Positions 28,398 to 42,300 of a stretch of DNA of 64,000 nt are shown here, one piece after another (the first letter of the stretch is position 1; every line of letters starts with the position of its first letter). The notes under the pieces are model-generated. The model worked only from the letters and a program-made list of their open reading frames with translations, was not told the DNA's origin and ran no database searches. The stretch comes from Octopus vulgaris (taxonomy: Eukaryota). The translations under genes and the position numbers were made by a program. The DNA lies in assembly GCA_951406725.2 (NCBI GenBank), contig OX597817.1:81034001-81098000 (forward strand), in the 5' to 3' direction.

Positions 28398-28612
28398 AAG
28401 GCGGCGAGCTGGCAGACTCGTTAGCACGCCGAGCGAAATGCGTAGCCGTATTTCGTCTGTCGTTACGTTCTGAGTTCAAATTCCGCCGAGGTCGACTTTG
28501 CCTTTCATCCTTTCGGGGTCGATAAATTAAGTACCAGTTACGCCCTGGGGTCGATGTAATCGATATAATCCGTTTGTCCCCTCTGTGTTTAGCCCCTTGT
28601 GGGTAGTAGTGA
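28398..28612 (+). mobile_element. SINE family B monomer
   Basis: Complete head, central motif and TTTAGCCCCTTGTGGGTAGT tail. Confidence 0.88.
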
Positions 28613-28655
28613 AATACATACATATATATATAAATTTAAGGAATGAGTAGATAAA

Positions 28656-28748
28656 TCCAGGTTACGTATGTTTCCTAGCTAGCGGAACCTCGGAAGTAGT
28701 GATTACTCAAACGAGGAGTATTCAACTAGCTACTTATCAGGCCAAAGA
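28656..28748 (-). ncRNA. Hammerhead-ribozyme-like motif (group 2)
   Basis: Minus strand CTGATAA-GTAGCTAG...CTAGCTAG-GAAAC-ATAC-GTA-ACCTGGA; homologous to 20489-20566. Confidence 0.5.
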
Positions 28749-29121
28749 TAGCTTAGTCAAATGAAGGTTACATTGTCGTCAAAGGATCCCATGTTAGCTC
28801 GCAGGAGACTTGATCAAAAATGCTTGGAAAGCACAGAGTGAGAGAACAAAAGGGAAAGCATGTGTGTGAAGAAAAAGGATATATGTGAGTGGGTAAATAT
28901 CTAAACTTGTTAAGGAAAAGAATAAGAATATGAATGAAGAGGAAGAATAGGGAGGAATTTGGTATACTCATACACTTGAGCTGCACCTCTCCTTGCCCAT
29001 GGATTACACTGGACTCCTCTGTTGGTGAGAAATCGCTCCAATACACCACGACGTTCGAGGCTTTTGAACCTTTTGAACTTTTCTTAACTTTTTTGTACTT
29101 TCTGATTTTCTTTCTGTGTTC

Positions 29122-29157
29122 CTTTCTGTGGAAGAGCGTAGGCTCGAAATGTAAAAG
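29122..29157 (+). ncRNA. Degenerate minimal hammerhead-like motif (group 1)
   Basis: CTTT-CTGTGGA-A-GAGC-GTAG-GCTC-GAAAT-GTA-AAAG; core carries substitutions. Confidence 0.45.
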
Positions 29158-29234
29158 ACTTTTTCACTTCCCGAGTGTTAAACTAATACAACTGTTTGTT
29201 GTCTACACCACTTGTCTTCGTCTTTTGTTTTTTT

Positions 29235-29313
<79 letters not shown>

Positions 29314-29316
<3 letters not shown>

Positions 29317-29436
29317 GCCTGCTCGCTTAGCCAGCGGGGTGGCGTCATTTGAAGGCTAAAACAATGCGAAACGCATTGTGACCAGCGTTGTGTAGCAACG
29401 TCTGATAACCTGGTCGGTTACGGTGATCACGATGAT
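29314..29436 (+). mobile_element. ~120-bp interspersed repeat (probable LINE 3' end) in (TA)n
   Basis: Inverted homolog of 22571-22693; ends in CGGTGAT/CACGATGAT repeats. Confidence 0.7.
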
Positions 29437-30340
29437 ATATACATATATATATAAGAATAAGATCGACATTTAAAATACCGATGTTATCAGGTGGTTAGCA
29501 TGGGAATAAAAACCTTTCAAAGGTAATAATTATTTTAAATTATTTAAGATTATAATTTAGGGTGTCTAAGAAATACCTCCACGCTGGAAATAGCAGTCAA
29601 AACTTGACTCTAAAGCCACATTAAATGTTCATACAGTAACTAGGAGAGAAGACAAAGAGACAAAATAAACTAGCAAAAAATTACTAGATAATTCCAGATC
29701 CCGGATTTCTGATTTTGGATAAGAAATGCTTTGCCTTCATCAGTGGAATATATATATATATACATGTGTGTGTATATATACATTTTATGTACGCATCTAT
29801 GTAAGTATGCGTGTGTGTATGCGCGCGCGTGTTTGTGTGTGTGCATGTATGAATGTATGTATGTCATCATTTTGTGTACGCACCAAAAAATTTGAAAACC
29901 ATAGAATTACTGTATGCTTATGCTATATTTCCTGATTATCACCCATGGTGGCAAACGTATACTTCCAAAGTTATCCATCCTATGACGGGTAACACTATAG
30001 TATAGCTAATATTTTATTATTATTAAATTAGGTTTGATTAAACACAAGTCAAGCGTGCAAATATTTGAAATCTGAGCCTTTACGCATATAATTCGATGCC
30101 ATATAATATATAAAATTTGATGCTTTAAGCTTTCTTCTTCCATCCTAACCATCAAAAGGAATTATATCCACTTGCAAGACGTATATTTGTTTAGGTTATT
30201 CTTGTAGATTTTGTTAAACAGTTTTCTTCACGCCTCATTCTGTTGTATAACTTTACCGTATGAAAATTTCTACATTTTTACCTATGTCTAGCTTTCTTGC
30301 TAACTTTGAGCTCCTTATAAAAAAAATTGTAAAGTTAAAT

Positions 30341-30651
30341 GGCTGTGGTTGTGTGGTAAGAAGCTTGCTTCACAACCACGAGATTCCGGTTTCAGTCACA
30401 CAGCGTGGCACCTCGGGCTAGTGTCTTCTACTATAGCCTCGAGTCGACCAAAGTTTTGAGCGTGGGTTTGGTAAACGGAGATTGAAAGAAGCCATGGAGA
30501 GGCTGTGTGATAAGAAGTTTACTTCCTAACCACATGGTCCGGGTTCAGTCACACTGCGTGGCACTTTGGGCAAGTGTCTTCTGCTATAGCCTCGAGTTGA
30601 CCAAAGCCTTGTCAGTGGATTTAGTAGACGGAAACTGAAAGAAGCCCGTCG

Positions 30652-30704
<53 letters not shown>

Positions 30705-31088
30705 TTCTTTCTGTGTTTTTCTCTCTCTGTGTATCTTTCTGTTGAAGAGCGTAGGCTCGAAACGTTAAAGACTTGTTTTATTTATATTTCCTGAGCGCCA
30801 TACTAATACAATTGTTCGTTTGTTTTCCACCTGCCTTCGTCTTTTGTTTATTTTCATAAAGCTTCCCGTTATATATATATATATATGTTTGTGTGTCTGT
30901 GTTTGTCTCCCCACCATCGCTTGACAACCGATGTCGGTGTGTTTGCGTCCCCGTAACTTAGCGTTTAGGCAGAAGAGCTCGATAGAATAAGTACTAGGCT
31001 TACAAGTTCTGTGGTCGATTTGCTCGACTAAAGGCGGTGCTCCAGCATGGCTGCAGTCAAATGACTGAAACAAGTAAAAGAATAAAAG
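30341..31088 (+). mobile_element. SINE family A with a duplicated head, split by an insert in its internal TA tract
   Basis: Heads at ~30341 and ~30500; 3' half at ~30890-31088. Confidence 0.85.
30734..30771 (+). ncRNA. Minimal hammerhead-like motif (group 1)
   Basis: TCTTT-CTGTTGA-A-GAGC-GTAG-GCTC-GAAACGTT-AAAGA; stems I and II intact, one core change. Confidence 0.55.
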
Positions 31089-31249
31089 TATATATATATA
31101 TATATATAGATAAGAAAGTTGGTATATATATATATATATATATATATAGATAAGAAAGTTGGTATATATATATATTTATATACTGTGTTTATGTATGTGT
31201 GTGTGCGTGTGTATGTATATAAGTAAGGGGATTGATTCATTCGACCAAA

Positions 31250-31378
31250 AATTCACAAGACATTGGTTGGTCCTCGTTTGTAGTAGAAGATAATTGCTCA
31301 AGATGCCGCGCAGTGGAACTGAACTCGAAACGAAATGACTGCGAAGCGAGCTTCTTAACCATTCAACCTTGCCTGTAC
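31250..31378 (-). mobile_element. SINE family A, head fragment
   Basis: GTAGAAGA...CAAGATGCCGCGCAGTGGAACTGAACTCG...GCTTCTTAACCA. Confidence 0.7.
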
Positions 31379-31912
31379 CTATGTTGATATTAAAAAAAAA
31401 ACGCACGCTTCACACCTAGCTTGGAACTTTATTGTGTAGGTTGATGTAATTAATATTATTTTTTCTTATCGAATTCCATTTATCTACTTCATTTCTTAAC
31501 ATCTCCACCACTGCCATCAACCCCTCTTCTCATTTCTCTATGCTTGTCTTTCTTTCTTCCATTCTTTCTTTCATCTGTCTCTCGCTCTCTTTCATTCTAC
31601 CTTTCTTTCATCTAACTACCCTAAACTATTCTGTGTGTATCAAAACACACCTAGTCTTCTAGTCTGCTACTGAGGATTTATTTGGCGGGAAAGGGGAAGG
31701 TGCAAGAACCAGGTCAATGAGTACGCATATTCAGGAATCCAATCATCGCGATTCCAAGACTGTTTACATACTCCCTCGGGCCCACTTATTCGCACCCGTC
31801 ATGCGCTTATTGAACTAGGATTCACGCCCTACATACACCGACAAACATAAAATAAGGCCAATCACACTCATACCTTACGCAATACATCAAGTCAAATAAC
31901 TTACTATGCAGC

Positions 31913-32135
31913 AGGTATGGCTGTGTGGTAAGAAGATTCCTTCCCAACCACATGGTTCCGAGTTCAGTCCCACTGCGTAGCACCTTGGGCAAGTGTCTTC
32001 TAATACAGCCTTGGACCAACCAAAACGCTGTGAGTGGATTTGGTAGACGGAAACTGAAAGAAACCCGTTGTGTACATATATATTTGTCAGTGTGTATGTG
32101 TGTGTCCCACTATCGCTTGACAACCGGTATTGGTG
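31913..32135 (+). mobile_element. SINE family A, 5' two-thirds
   Basis: GGCTGTGTGGTAAGAAG...CGCTTGACAACCGG. Confidence 0.85.
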
Positions 32136-32552
32136 AGTGTACCACTTTTCTCCCTCCTACCATTGACACGTGACCCGGAGAGCCGAGTAGGTCGCAGGTT
32201 TGACCTGAAAGATGAAGATACGAGACTGCAAAACTCCGAGTAGAAGCCATTGTAACAGCGACAGAAAAGACAGAAAGAAGAGGCAGTGAACCAGAGTTAA
32301 ACAAATGTTTCTTCTATGTATGTGCGTGCGTGTATGTGTGTGTGAACGTGTGTGGTGTCTGTGTGTGTGTGTGTGTGTGTATGGTGTGTATGTGTGTGTG
32401 TTCCTAATTTTTTAACTTTAAAATAAGATTTTAAAATAAAATTTCATACTATATACACCCGTATTTTTTTTATTTTTTTTATCTCCTGTGCAACAAGAAG
32501 CAATGTTGACAACCACTTTTAAGATGAAGCAAAGAGATTCCCAAACATCTGT

Positions 32553-32626
<74 letters not shown>

Positions 32627-32701
32627 CATTCTAACTATATATCCAACCTTCTGTCTATCTGTCTGTCTCTCTTTCTTTCTTTCTTTCTTTCTATCTCTCA
32701 A

Positions 32702-32822
32702 GCGTAAGCTCAATTATTTTGTAACTCCCTGGAACATTAAGACTTTACAATTCGATTCCATGCGTAAGCTCAATTATTTTGCCAGTCCCTTGGAACATTA
32801 TGGCTTTACAACTCGATTCCAT
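32702..32822. repeat. Tandem duplication of a ~60-bp unit
   Basis: GCGTAAGCTCAATTATTTTG...GGAACATTA...CGATTCCAT occurs twice. Confidence 0.85.
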
Positions 32823-33483
32823 GCCGAAGTTTTGAAACCACCAAAACATCCAACATAATTTTCGTAAGCTAAGAATCCTAGGATCTTTTTACAAAATTCT
32901 AACATCTGTCACTGTGGATTTGTTTCATATATATATTTTTATATTTTTCTTATAGTAAGTCAGTCAGTAGTGATATTGGTATTGCTGTTGTTGTTAGTGA
33001 TGGAGGGGCGGGCGGGCGGTGGTGGTTGTGTGATGATGGTCTCGAGTAGACCTATGACCAAAGGAATGCTGTCTGGGATTCACCCGTCTCTTGTACCTGA
33101 TATAGTGGGGCCCTACGACCACATTATCCTCAGATATGTCCTTCCATGTTTAAAGACGATATTGCATAACACTGGAAAAAGTTGGTTTCTATTTCAAGCA
33201 GGTCAAGCGTTCACAGATTAAATTATTTTATTATACTGGTTGCGAAGAAAGCATATTATATTACTTAGTTTAGTAAACAGCCACCAATTCTTCAGAACCA
33301 GCAGTGAAGATGAGAACGTATTGGCTACACCATACTTTTAACAATGGCATTAGCCGCATAACTGAAGTGTGCATTGATTGCAAACAGAAATTGAAACCGG
33401 ATGGCCGGCTCTGATCAACCATGCAGAGGACAGACAATGAAAGGAAGTCACTCGTTATTTTGATTTCATCATCATCATCATCA

Positions 33484-33545
<62 letters not shown>

Positions 33546-34457
33546 TTTATTATTGGCGGTGATGGTGACGGTGGCGGCGGCGGTGATGGTAATGGTAATG
33601 ATGATGGTGATGGTGGTCTTTCGGTGTTCTTTTCTTTCCCCCTTATTTTCTTTTTGTATGTTTTTTTTTTTTTAAGAAAAACGTTTTTATATGTTTCCCC
33701 GCCTCCCTCCTTTTCTTTTGTTTTTGACATTTTGGTCTTCCTTATTTTTATTATCTTGACTTAATTTCGATTACCAGAAGAGGGCAGCAGCTAATTCTGT
33801 CATGCTATGTCTTGGTAATAATTTAGTAGCTCACATATACTGCATAATAATTACACTGAATAGATCCTTGTCGCTCCTCACCGTAATCTCGACTTCACTC
33901 TGTCTTTTGTTTTTCCCTTCCTTATCTCCCTTCTTTCTCTTTGTCTCTGTGTCTTTATTTTTCTCTATTGGATAACAAAAAAAGAAAACAAATAAATATA
34001 AAATTAAAAGAAAAGTTTGTTTTTCTTTAACAAAACCAAATTACAAAAGGACCCGCGCTTAATCTCATTTTATTTATGAAAAAAAATTGCGAAATTAAAA
34101 CAAACGAAACCAAAACAAAATGGCAGATTTTTGTTGAAAGAAAAGCAAAAGGAACAGAAAATTACAAAAACAACAATCTTTTGACTTATTCACAAATTTG
34201 ACTTCTTCAATTCGCGTCATCTCCTCAATGTTCCACCACCACAACTTTCGACCCTACCTCAAACCCCGCCATCATCTTTTATAGCATTGTTCGGTTTTAA
34301 AAACTTCAAGCAACTTGTCGCTTGTTCGATCGATCGATTGATGGCATGGCTTTTGTTCGGCTTTTATTTCCCGTCATTTTAAGATTCGAATTGTGCAAAT
34401 TATTTTTCAAACATTTATCCACTTCATCCCGTACCTTCATACATTCACAATACAATA

Positions 34458-34537
<80 letters not shown>

Positions 34538-34813
34538 TTATCTACCTACCTATCTATCTATCCATTTATCAATCTATCTATTTATCTACCCAGCAATCTG
34601 TTTATTTCTATTTTTATATCTCTCTATCTCCCCTCTGCCCCTTTCTTCCTCTTTCTTTCTCTCTCTCTCTCTCTCTCTCCTTTCGCTCTCTCTCTCTCTC
34701 TCTCACTCCCTCTCTAGATGTTTTATGAATATTATTTTTCATTTCTTCCCCTCACAATTAGCTACTTTCTAAATATCTCCCCCTTTTTTTCACAAATATA
34801 TAACAAATGCGCA

Positions 34814-34856
<43 letters not shown>

Positions 34857-34884
34857 TGTGTATATATGTATGTGAATGTGTGTT

Positions 34885-34941
<57 letters not shown>

Positions 34942-35212
34942 GGGATACGTATCGCTTGCTCGCTCTTACAGCATCTCATTCATTATCAACCACTTCGGCC
35001 GCTATTGCTCCCATTGCGCCATAATATTTCAATCCTGCTCCCTCCCCCACCTCACCCCAACAAAATATCCCTTATTCTCCTTCATCATGTCTTCTTTCTT
35101 TTTTTCTTTTGTCTTTCTTCCTCCTCTCTGTCTGTCTGTTTCCCCCCTGCCCTCTCTCACTCTGTCTCTCTCTTCTTCTCTTCTGTAATCTATCTTTCTT
35201 TTCCATCTCTAT

Positions 35213-35250
<38 letters not shown>

Positions 35251-35348
35251 GTACATACACTTACATATATATATACATAAATAGAGATATATTCATATAT
35301 ACAAATATATCTATATACATACCAGATATATATTTGTGTGTGTGTGTG

Positions 35349-35410
<62 letters not shown>

Positions 35411-35562
35411 ACACATTGACACACACACACAATTATAAATATATTTGAATATATGAGTATATACATGTATAGGTATCTATACCTTTATGAATATATATGT
35501 GCGTATGTGTGCGCGTGTGTGATCGTGTGTGTGTGTGCATGTGTGTATGTGCAGGTATATAC

Positions 35563-35625
<63 letters not shown>

Positions 35626-35706
35626 TATATATATAATCACAAACACCTACACAAACGTACATGCACGTTCGGACATACTCGCATACATTTATAGCGTTTC
35701 AGTCAT

Positions 35707-35777
<71 letters not shown>

Positions 35778-35786
35778 TTCTCGTAT

Positions 35787-35917
35787 ACTTCCGGTGCTCG
35801 CAGCTGTTAAAAGCACTTCCGGTCTCGTTACTGAGGACTGTGGTGGTACGCTGGAATGAACACCAGACCTATAACGGATATTAAAGTAATCAAGACAGGA
35901 TATTAAGCCAGGTGAGG
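35787..35917 (+). promoter_or_regulatory. Candidate ETS-site promoter and short first exon
   Basis: Two ACTTCCGGT motifs (35787, 35815) in a small non-repetitive island, followed by a donor-like CAG|GTGAGG at 35911/35912. Confidence 0.3.
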
Positions 35918-36094
35918 TGGCGAGGATAGAGGCTAGAGGAACATATATATGTGTGTGTGTATGTGTTTGAATGTGCTTGTGTATTCATGTTAGTGTGTTA
36001 TGCGTGTGCTCATAATGATCATACATCGTCGGTGTATGACTAGTATACTTTATATGTATACGTTTGTCCACGCATCTGAATGTATATAAATATG

Positions 36095-36142
<48 letters not shown>

Positions 36143-36947
36143 TGTGTGTGTGTGTCTGTGTCTGTGTGTGTGTGCATAACGTTGAATGGTTGCATGCAGA
36201 TGTGTGTATAAGTATGACGGAATAATTCTGCGTGCATATGTAACGGAATATGTTAAAATATCATGACCATCTTTCCATTAGTGTATTTCTCTATGTGTGT
36301 ATGCGTGTGTTCGGGGAACAAAAGCTTTGTGCCACTGTAAATATGTGTCTGTCTGGACAGTGTGTATGAGAGTGTGTATACATATATATATATATGTATG
36401 TATGTATGCATGCATACATACATATATATATATACATACAAACACATGCACATTTACATATATATATTTGTGTGTGTGTGTGTGTACCTGCGCAAATATA
36501 GCTGAGAAAATGTGTTTGTTGATACATGAGTATGTATGTAGATGAGCGCAAAGACGTATGTCACTCAATATGCGTATACATAGGAGAGTATGTATGCGTA
36601 TAAGTCTATGCAAATAATATATGTTCGTGTTGATATGAATTTTTACTAATACACGTGTGCATGTTAAAAGTTTCTGCGTAGATACATTACTTTACTCATA
36701 TATATATGTGTTTGTGTGTGTGTATATGTATGTATATGTGTGTATGCATATATATCTGCTCGCGTGCCGGTGCATGTCTACAGAATCACATGTTCTCTGT
36801 ATTTGAACATGCACGCCTGTGCATATAGGAAATTGTATGCTTACTTTAAACGTATATTGCTTATATTTTTGTGTATATAAGTTTTATGTAGGCAAGTGAA
36901 TATCGAAGCAAACATACGCACCCGCGTGCATATATTCTACCCATTTA

Positions 36948-37013
<66 letters not shown>

Positions 37014-37276
37014 TATATGCATATATATACATATATATATACATACAGACAGACAATCAGACATGCTTATACATATATGCATATACATATATACACATAT
37101 ATATATATATATATATATATGTGCATATATATACATATATATATATATGTATACATATATGTATATGTGTGCATATATACATATATATATATATATACAC
37201 ATATATACATAAATATATATACATATATACATGTATATATGTATATACATATACATATTTATACATATATATATAT

Positions 37277-37337
<61 letters not shown>

Positions 37338-37949
37338 CATATATATGTGTGTGTGTTTGTGTGTATATATATATATATATTTATATATATGCGCAGATGC
37401 CATAGATGCATGTGTGGGGCAGACATAGCTCTCTGGTTAAGAAGTTCGTTTCACACCCACGTGATGTCCAGTATGACTTCAATACGTGACAACTTGTGCA
37501 TGTGCCTTCTACTATCGCCTTGGAATCACCAATATCGTACGAATGGAATTTGGGAGACACAAACTAAACGAAACTCCACCGAATGTGTGTGTGTGTGTGT
37601 GTGTGTGTTTATGTGTGCGTGCTGTGTACATGTGTGTATGATTGTATGTGCGCGCATGTGATTGCGTGTGTGTGAGTGCATGCGCGGCTGCTGTATTTGT
37701 TTCGTAAGATTCATGGCGTAAAATCGTGTGTTGAACTTAATGTTGTATCTTGGGGAAGGTCATTTTTGCCCACACAACGTGACAGACGAAAACCAACAAG
37801 AGCAAATCATTGACGAGGTCGCGAACCACAATGAAAGGAATCTGGCAAACAAACTAACTGATTGATCAATTGATTGATTAATTGATCAAACGATTAGCCA
37901 AGCAATTGATTAATTATTGGTTAATTAGTTAACTACATGGCTAATAACA

Positions 37950-38628
37950 ATAGTTTCTGATTTTGGTACAAAACCAATAATTATGAGAGGTGGAGAAAGT
38001 CGATACCATCATTTTCAAGTACTCTATTTTATCGACCGAGAAGAGAAAAAAAATACAAATTTAACCTAGGCGCGATTTGAACTCAGAACATAAAGAGAAG
38101 GATGAAACACCGTAAGGTATTTTTTCCGTCACTCAAACAATTCTGCGAATCCACTACCCTTAGCTGATTAATAATTGTTTTCGATTCGGGCACAATACCA
38201 ACCATTTTTTGAGGGTATTTGCTTGTCGATAGCATCGACCCCAGTACTAAAATAGTACGTTAATTTATCGACACCGGAGGAATGAAATGAATGAAATTTG
38301 ACTTCCGTTGAATTTGAACTCAGTACGTAAAGAGCAAGAGAAAATACCGCAAGACATTCTGTTTTTTTGGGTTTTTTTACGACACCATTATGATACTACG
38401 AATCCGCCATCTTTGGTTGACTAATAATAATAATGGTTTCAAATTTTGCAAAAAGGGCAGCAATCCTAAGGGAGAGGATAAGTCGATTACATCGACCCCA
38501 GTGTTTCACTGATACTTATTTTATCGACCCCGGAAGGATGAAAGGTAAAGTCGACCTCAACGAAATTTGAACTCACAACGTAAAGACGTAAGCATTTTGT
38601 CCAGCGTGCTAACGGTTCTACCAGCTCG
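37950..38628 (-). mobile_element. Cluster of three SINE family B copies
   Basis: Repeated TTTATCGAC...ATTTGAACTCA motifs. Confidence 0.7.
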
Positions 38629-38694
<66 letters not shown>

Positions 38695-39016
38695 TCTAAT
38701 CTGATCACGAGCAGAAGTAATGTGTTGAGAGGGACACCTCTGGACACATGGGTGGTTCTTTCAACATCCTTAAACAACCCTTATTCAGGGACCTTTTGAG
38801 CGGGATGGGCTACTCAACCAGAAGAAAATTCTAACTGGGCCCCACCTGCAAGGTCATGTGCTGTTTATCTTGATATGAGATCACCATGTCGCGCGCATAT
38901 GGTTGTGATACATCTGCCTGGTGTACCCTTATCAGACGGGTAGTCATGATGGGTAAATTGGGCTTCGTATATTTTACCCCAGTGTCACTTTGATGGCATG
39001 AACTGCTCTCTCACTC
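38695..39016 (+). mobile_element. (TAA)n-embedded element E, 5'-truncated with internal deletions
   Basis: Homologous to the 3' part of 56327-56901 with an identical end CTCTCTCACTC-AATAAT. Confidence 0.8.
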
Positions 39017-39049
39017 AATAATAATAATAATAATAACAATAATAATAAC

Positions 39050-39119
<70 letters not shown>

Positions 39120-39129
39120 GTAATAAATA

Positions 39130-39600
39130 ATCCATTCTACTATAGGCACAAGACCTGATATTTTGATGGTGGAGACTAGTCGATTACACAGACCTCAGTG
39201 TTTCACTGGTACGTAAGTTATCGACCTCGAAAGGATGAAAGGCACAGTCCACCTCAGAACTCAGAACGTAAGTGCCAACGATTCTGCCAGCTCAGTGATA
39301 ATAATAATAATAATCCTTTCTACTGTAAGCACAAGGCCTGAAATTTGGGGGAGAGGGATAGCTGATTGTATCAACTCCAGTGTTTCACTGGTACTTCATT
39401 TATCGACCCCGAAAGGATAAAAGCCAAAGTCGAACTCGGCGGAATTTGAACTCAGAACGTAAAGACGGACGAAATGTCACTAAGCATTTCTCCCAGCGTG
39501 CTAACGATTCTAGCAGCTCACCGCTGAAATAATAGTACTAATAATAATAATAATTTTGGGTGAGAGGACCGACCAGTCGATTAGATCGGCCCCAGTACGT
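39130..39600 (-). mobile_element. SINE family B copies
   Basis: CTACTATAGGCACAAG tails and central motifs. Confidence 0.78.
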
Positions 39601-39753
39601 AGGTAGGCAGGTGGGTAGGTAGGCAGGTAGGTAGGTAGGTAGGTAGGTATGTAGGTAGGTAGGTAGATAGGTAGGTAGGTAGGTAGGTAGGTAGGTAGGT
39701 AGGTAGGTAGGTAGGTAGGTAGGTAGGTAAGTGGGTAGGTAGATGGATAGATG

Positions 39754-39817
<64 letters not shown>

Positions 39818-39835
39818 CATAGGTAAACAGATAGG

Positions 39836-40173
<338 letters not shown>

Positions 40174-40244
40174 TAGGGAGGAAATAAACACATGAGATCT
40201 CTCTCTCTTTTAGGTATGTAGGTAGGTAGGTAGGTAGATAGATA

Positions 40245-40606
40245 AAAGTTTCTTTATTGGCCACACAGGGCTGCACACAGATGGGACAAGTTACAAGGTA
40301 GAGCTTTTCTTTTGGGGGATGAAAAAAAAAGAAAAAAAAGGTGGCGTAGGTTTTCGGTCAAAAGGGATCGTAAAAGGGAAAAAAGAACAAAAAAAAAGAA
40401 AAGAAAAAAAGAAAAAAAGGAAAAGGAACAAAAGAAAATAAAAATTAAAAAAGAAGAAAAAGAGGTAAAAAAGGGGAAGAAGAAGAAAACGATCAATAGG
40501 GATCGTGTATCACAGTGTCATGATGTATGGTGTAAAGGGGAAAGCAAGTAAGGTTTATCCGTGGGAAGAAAAGCCTACGAAAAAGACCACGGTAACCTTG
40601 GTCAAT
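40245..40606 (-). mobile_element. Tx1 LINE 3' UTR fragment
   Basis: Same motifs; GATA repeats on both sides. Confidence 0.88.
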
Positions 40607-40609
40607 ATT

Positions 40610-40690
<81 letters not shown>

Positions 40691-40799
40691 GAAGGGAGGT
40701 TTGTTAAAAGGCATGTAGTAAAGTTGGAAGACAAATCGACAATGTTTTTTAGGGACTGTTTATTCCTCTTGGGGATGTTTTCCCTGCCTAAAGGAAACA

Positions 40800-40801
<2 letters not shown>

Positions 40802-40858
<57 letters not shown>

Positions 40859-41780
40859 CCTGTCTATCTATATCTATCTAACTCCTCTCTTATATACTAT
40901 CTCTTTTCTCTGTATTTCATTCTCTCTCTTCTCCCTCTCTCTCTCATTTCCCTTTTCTCTCTTCTCTCTCTTCTCCTCTTTATCATTTCCTTTCTCTATT
41001 TCCGTCACCCACTCTCCCACCCTCTTCTCTCCCATCTCACTTTGCTTTCCCTCTCTATCTCCCTCTATCTCCCTCACCTTCTCTGTCTCCTTTCCACTTC
41101 CTCCTTTCCCCGTCTCTCCCTCAATTTCCTCTCTTTCTCTCTTTTCCCTCAATCTCTCCTTACGCTCCCTCCTCTCTCTCTCTCTCTCTTTTATCATCCT
41201 TCTCTCTCTTTCATACCTCATATTCCCTCTCCCTACTTATAACTTATTCTTTTTTTCTTCATTCCATACATCTCTCTTCGTTTCCATCTCTTCCTTCTCC
41301 TCCATTCACCTAGTGCTCATTCTTTGCATCTATCTTTCATTCTTCATCATTCCACCTCAATCATTCAAAATTTTATCCTTCTACTCATTCCCCTCCACAA
41401 CTTCTTTCTTTCATCTCATTCTTACTTTTTCTTTCTATATCATTCATTCATCCTATAAATTCTTTCCCTCTTTCTCTCTACCTCTTTATATATACTTTTC
41501 TCATTTTATACTCTTCTTCCTTCTTTCCCATCATTCTATTTCTTTCTCGTAGTCCTTTTGCTCTACCTACTATAAATCAATCTATCTCTTACTTTTCTTA
41601 GTCCATTACACTTTCTGTCTCTCCTCTGTTTCCTTCTCTCTCTCTCATTCACCCCCCCCCCCCTTTACATATTCTCCTTATTCTCTATTTCTCTCTTATT
41701 TTTATTTTTATTTTTCTCCCTCTTTCAGTGTCGTTCTCTCTCTTAATTATTTTGCTCTATCTGTCTAATTATATCTATCA

Positions 41781-41843
<63 letters not shown>

Positions 41844-42300
41844 AATCTATCTATCTATCTATCCATCTCTCGTTCCTTCTCTCCTATTTGACCTTTCCTT
41901 CCTCTGCTTTATTACTCGTCCCCTCAATTATTTAACTCTATTTCTCTGTCTATCAATCTATTTCATTATCTCATTCTATTCTCACATTTCATTGCCCTTT
42001 TTGTCTCTATTCTCTCTGTCCTTCACTCTCTCTCACTCTCTCTCTCTCCACTTTATTTGCCACAACATTTTATAGTGGGGTACAGCTTAAAACATACTCT
42101 TTATCACATTTTTTAAAATTTTATTTATGCCGTACATAACTCTTCAGCATCATCTCTTTTTCTCCAGCTCTTCCACCATAATTTTTTACTTATTTATTTA
42201 TCTATTTATTCCTTTATTTTTGTTATTTATGTCTTATGTCTGTCCTTCGTTGCCCTTCACTTTCTCTTCTTTATTTCTACCTTTATCTTTCCCCTTCTTT
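40802..42300. repeat. CT-rich polypyrimidine low-complexity tract
   Basis: Directly visible. Confidence 0.9.

Noticed and set aside
33765-33905. Possible minus-strand exon ending CTG|GTAATC
   Set aside because: Weak donor, very short ORF and no supporting acceptor or promoter evidence.
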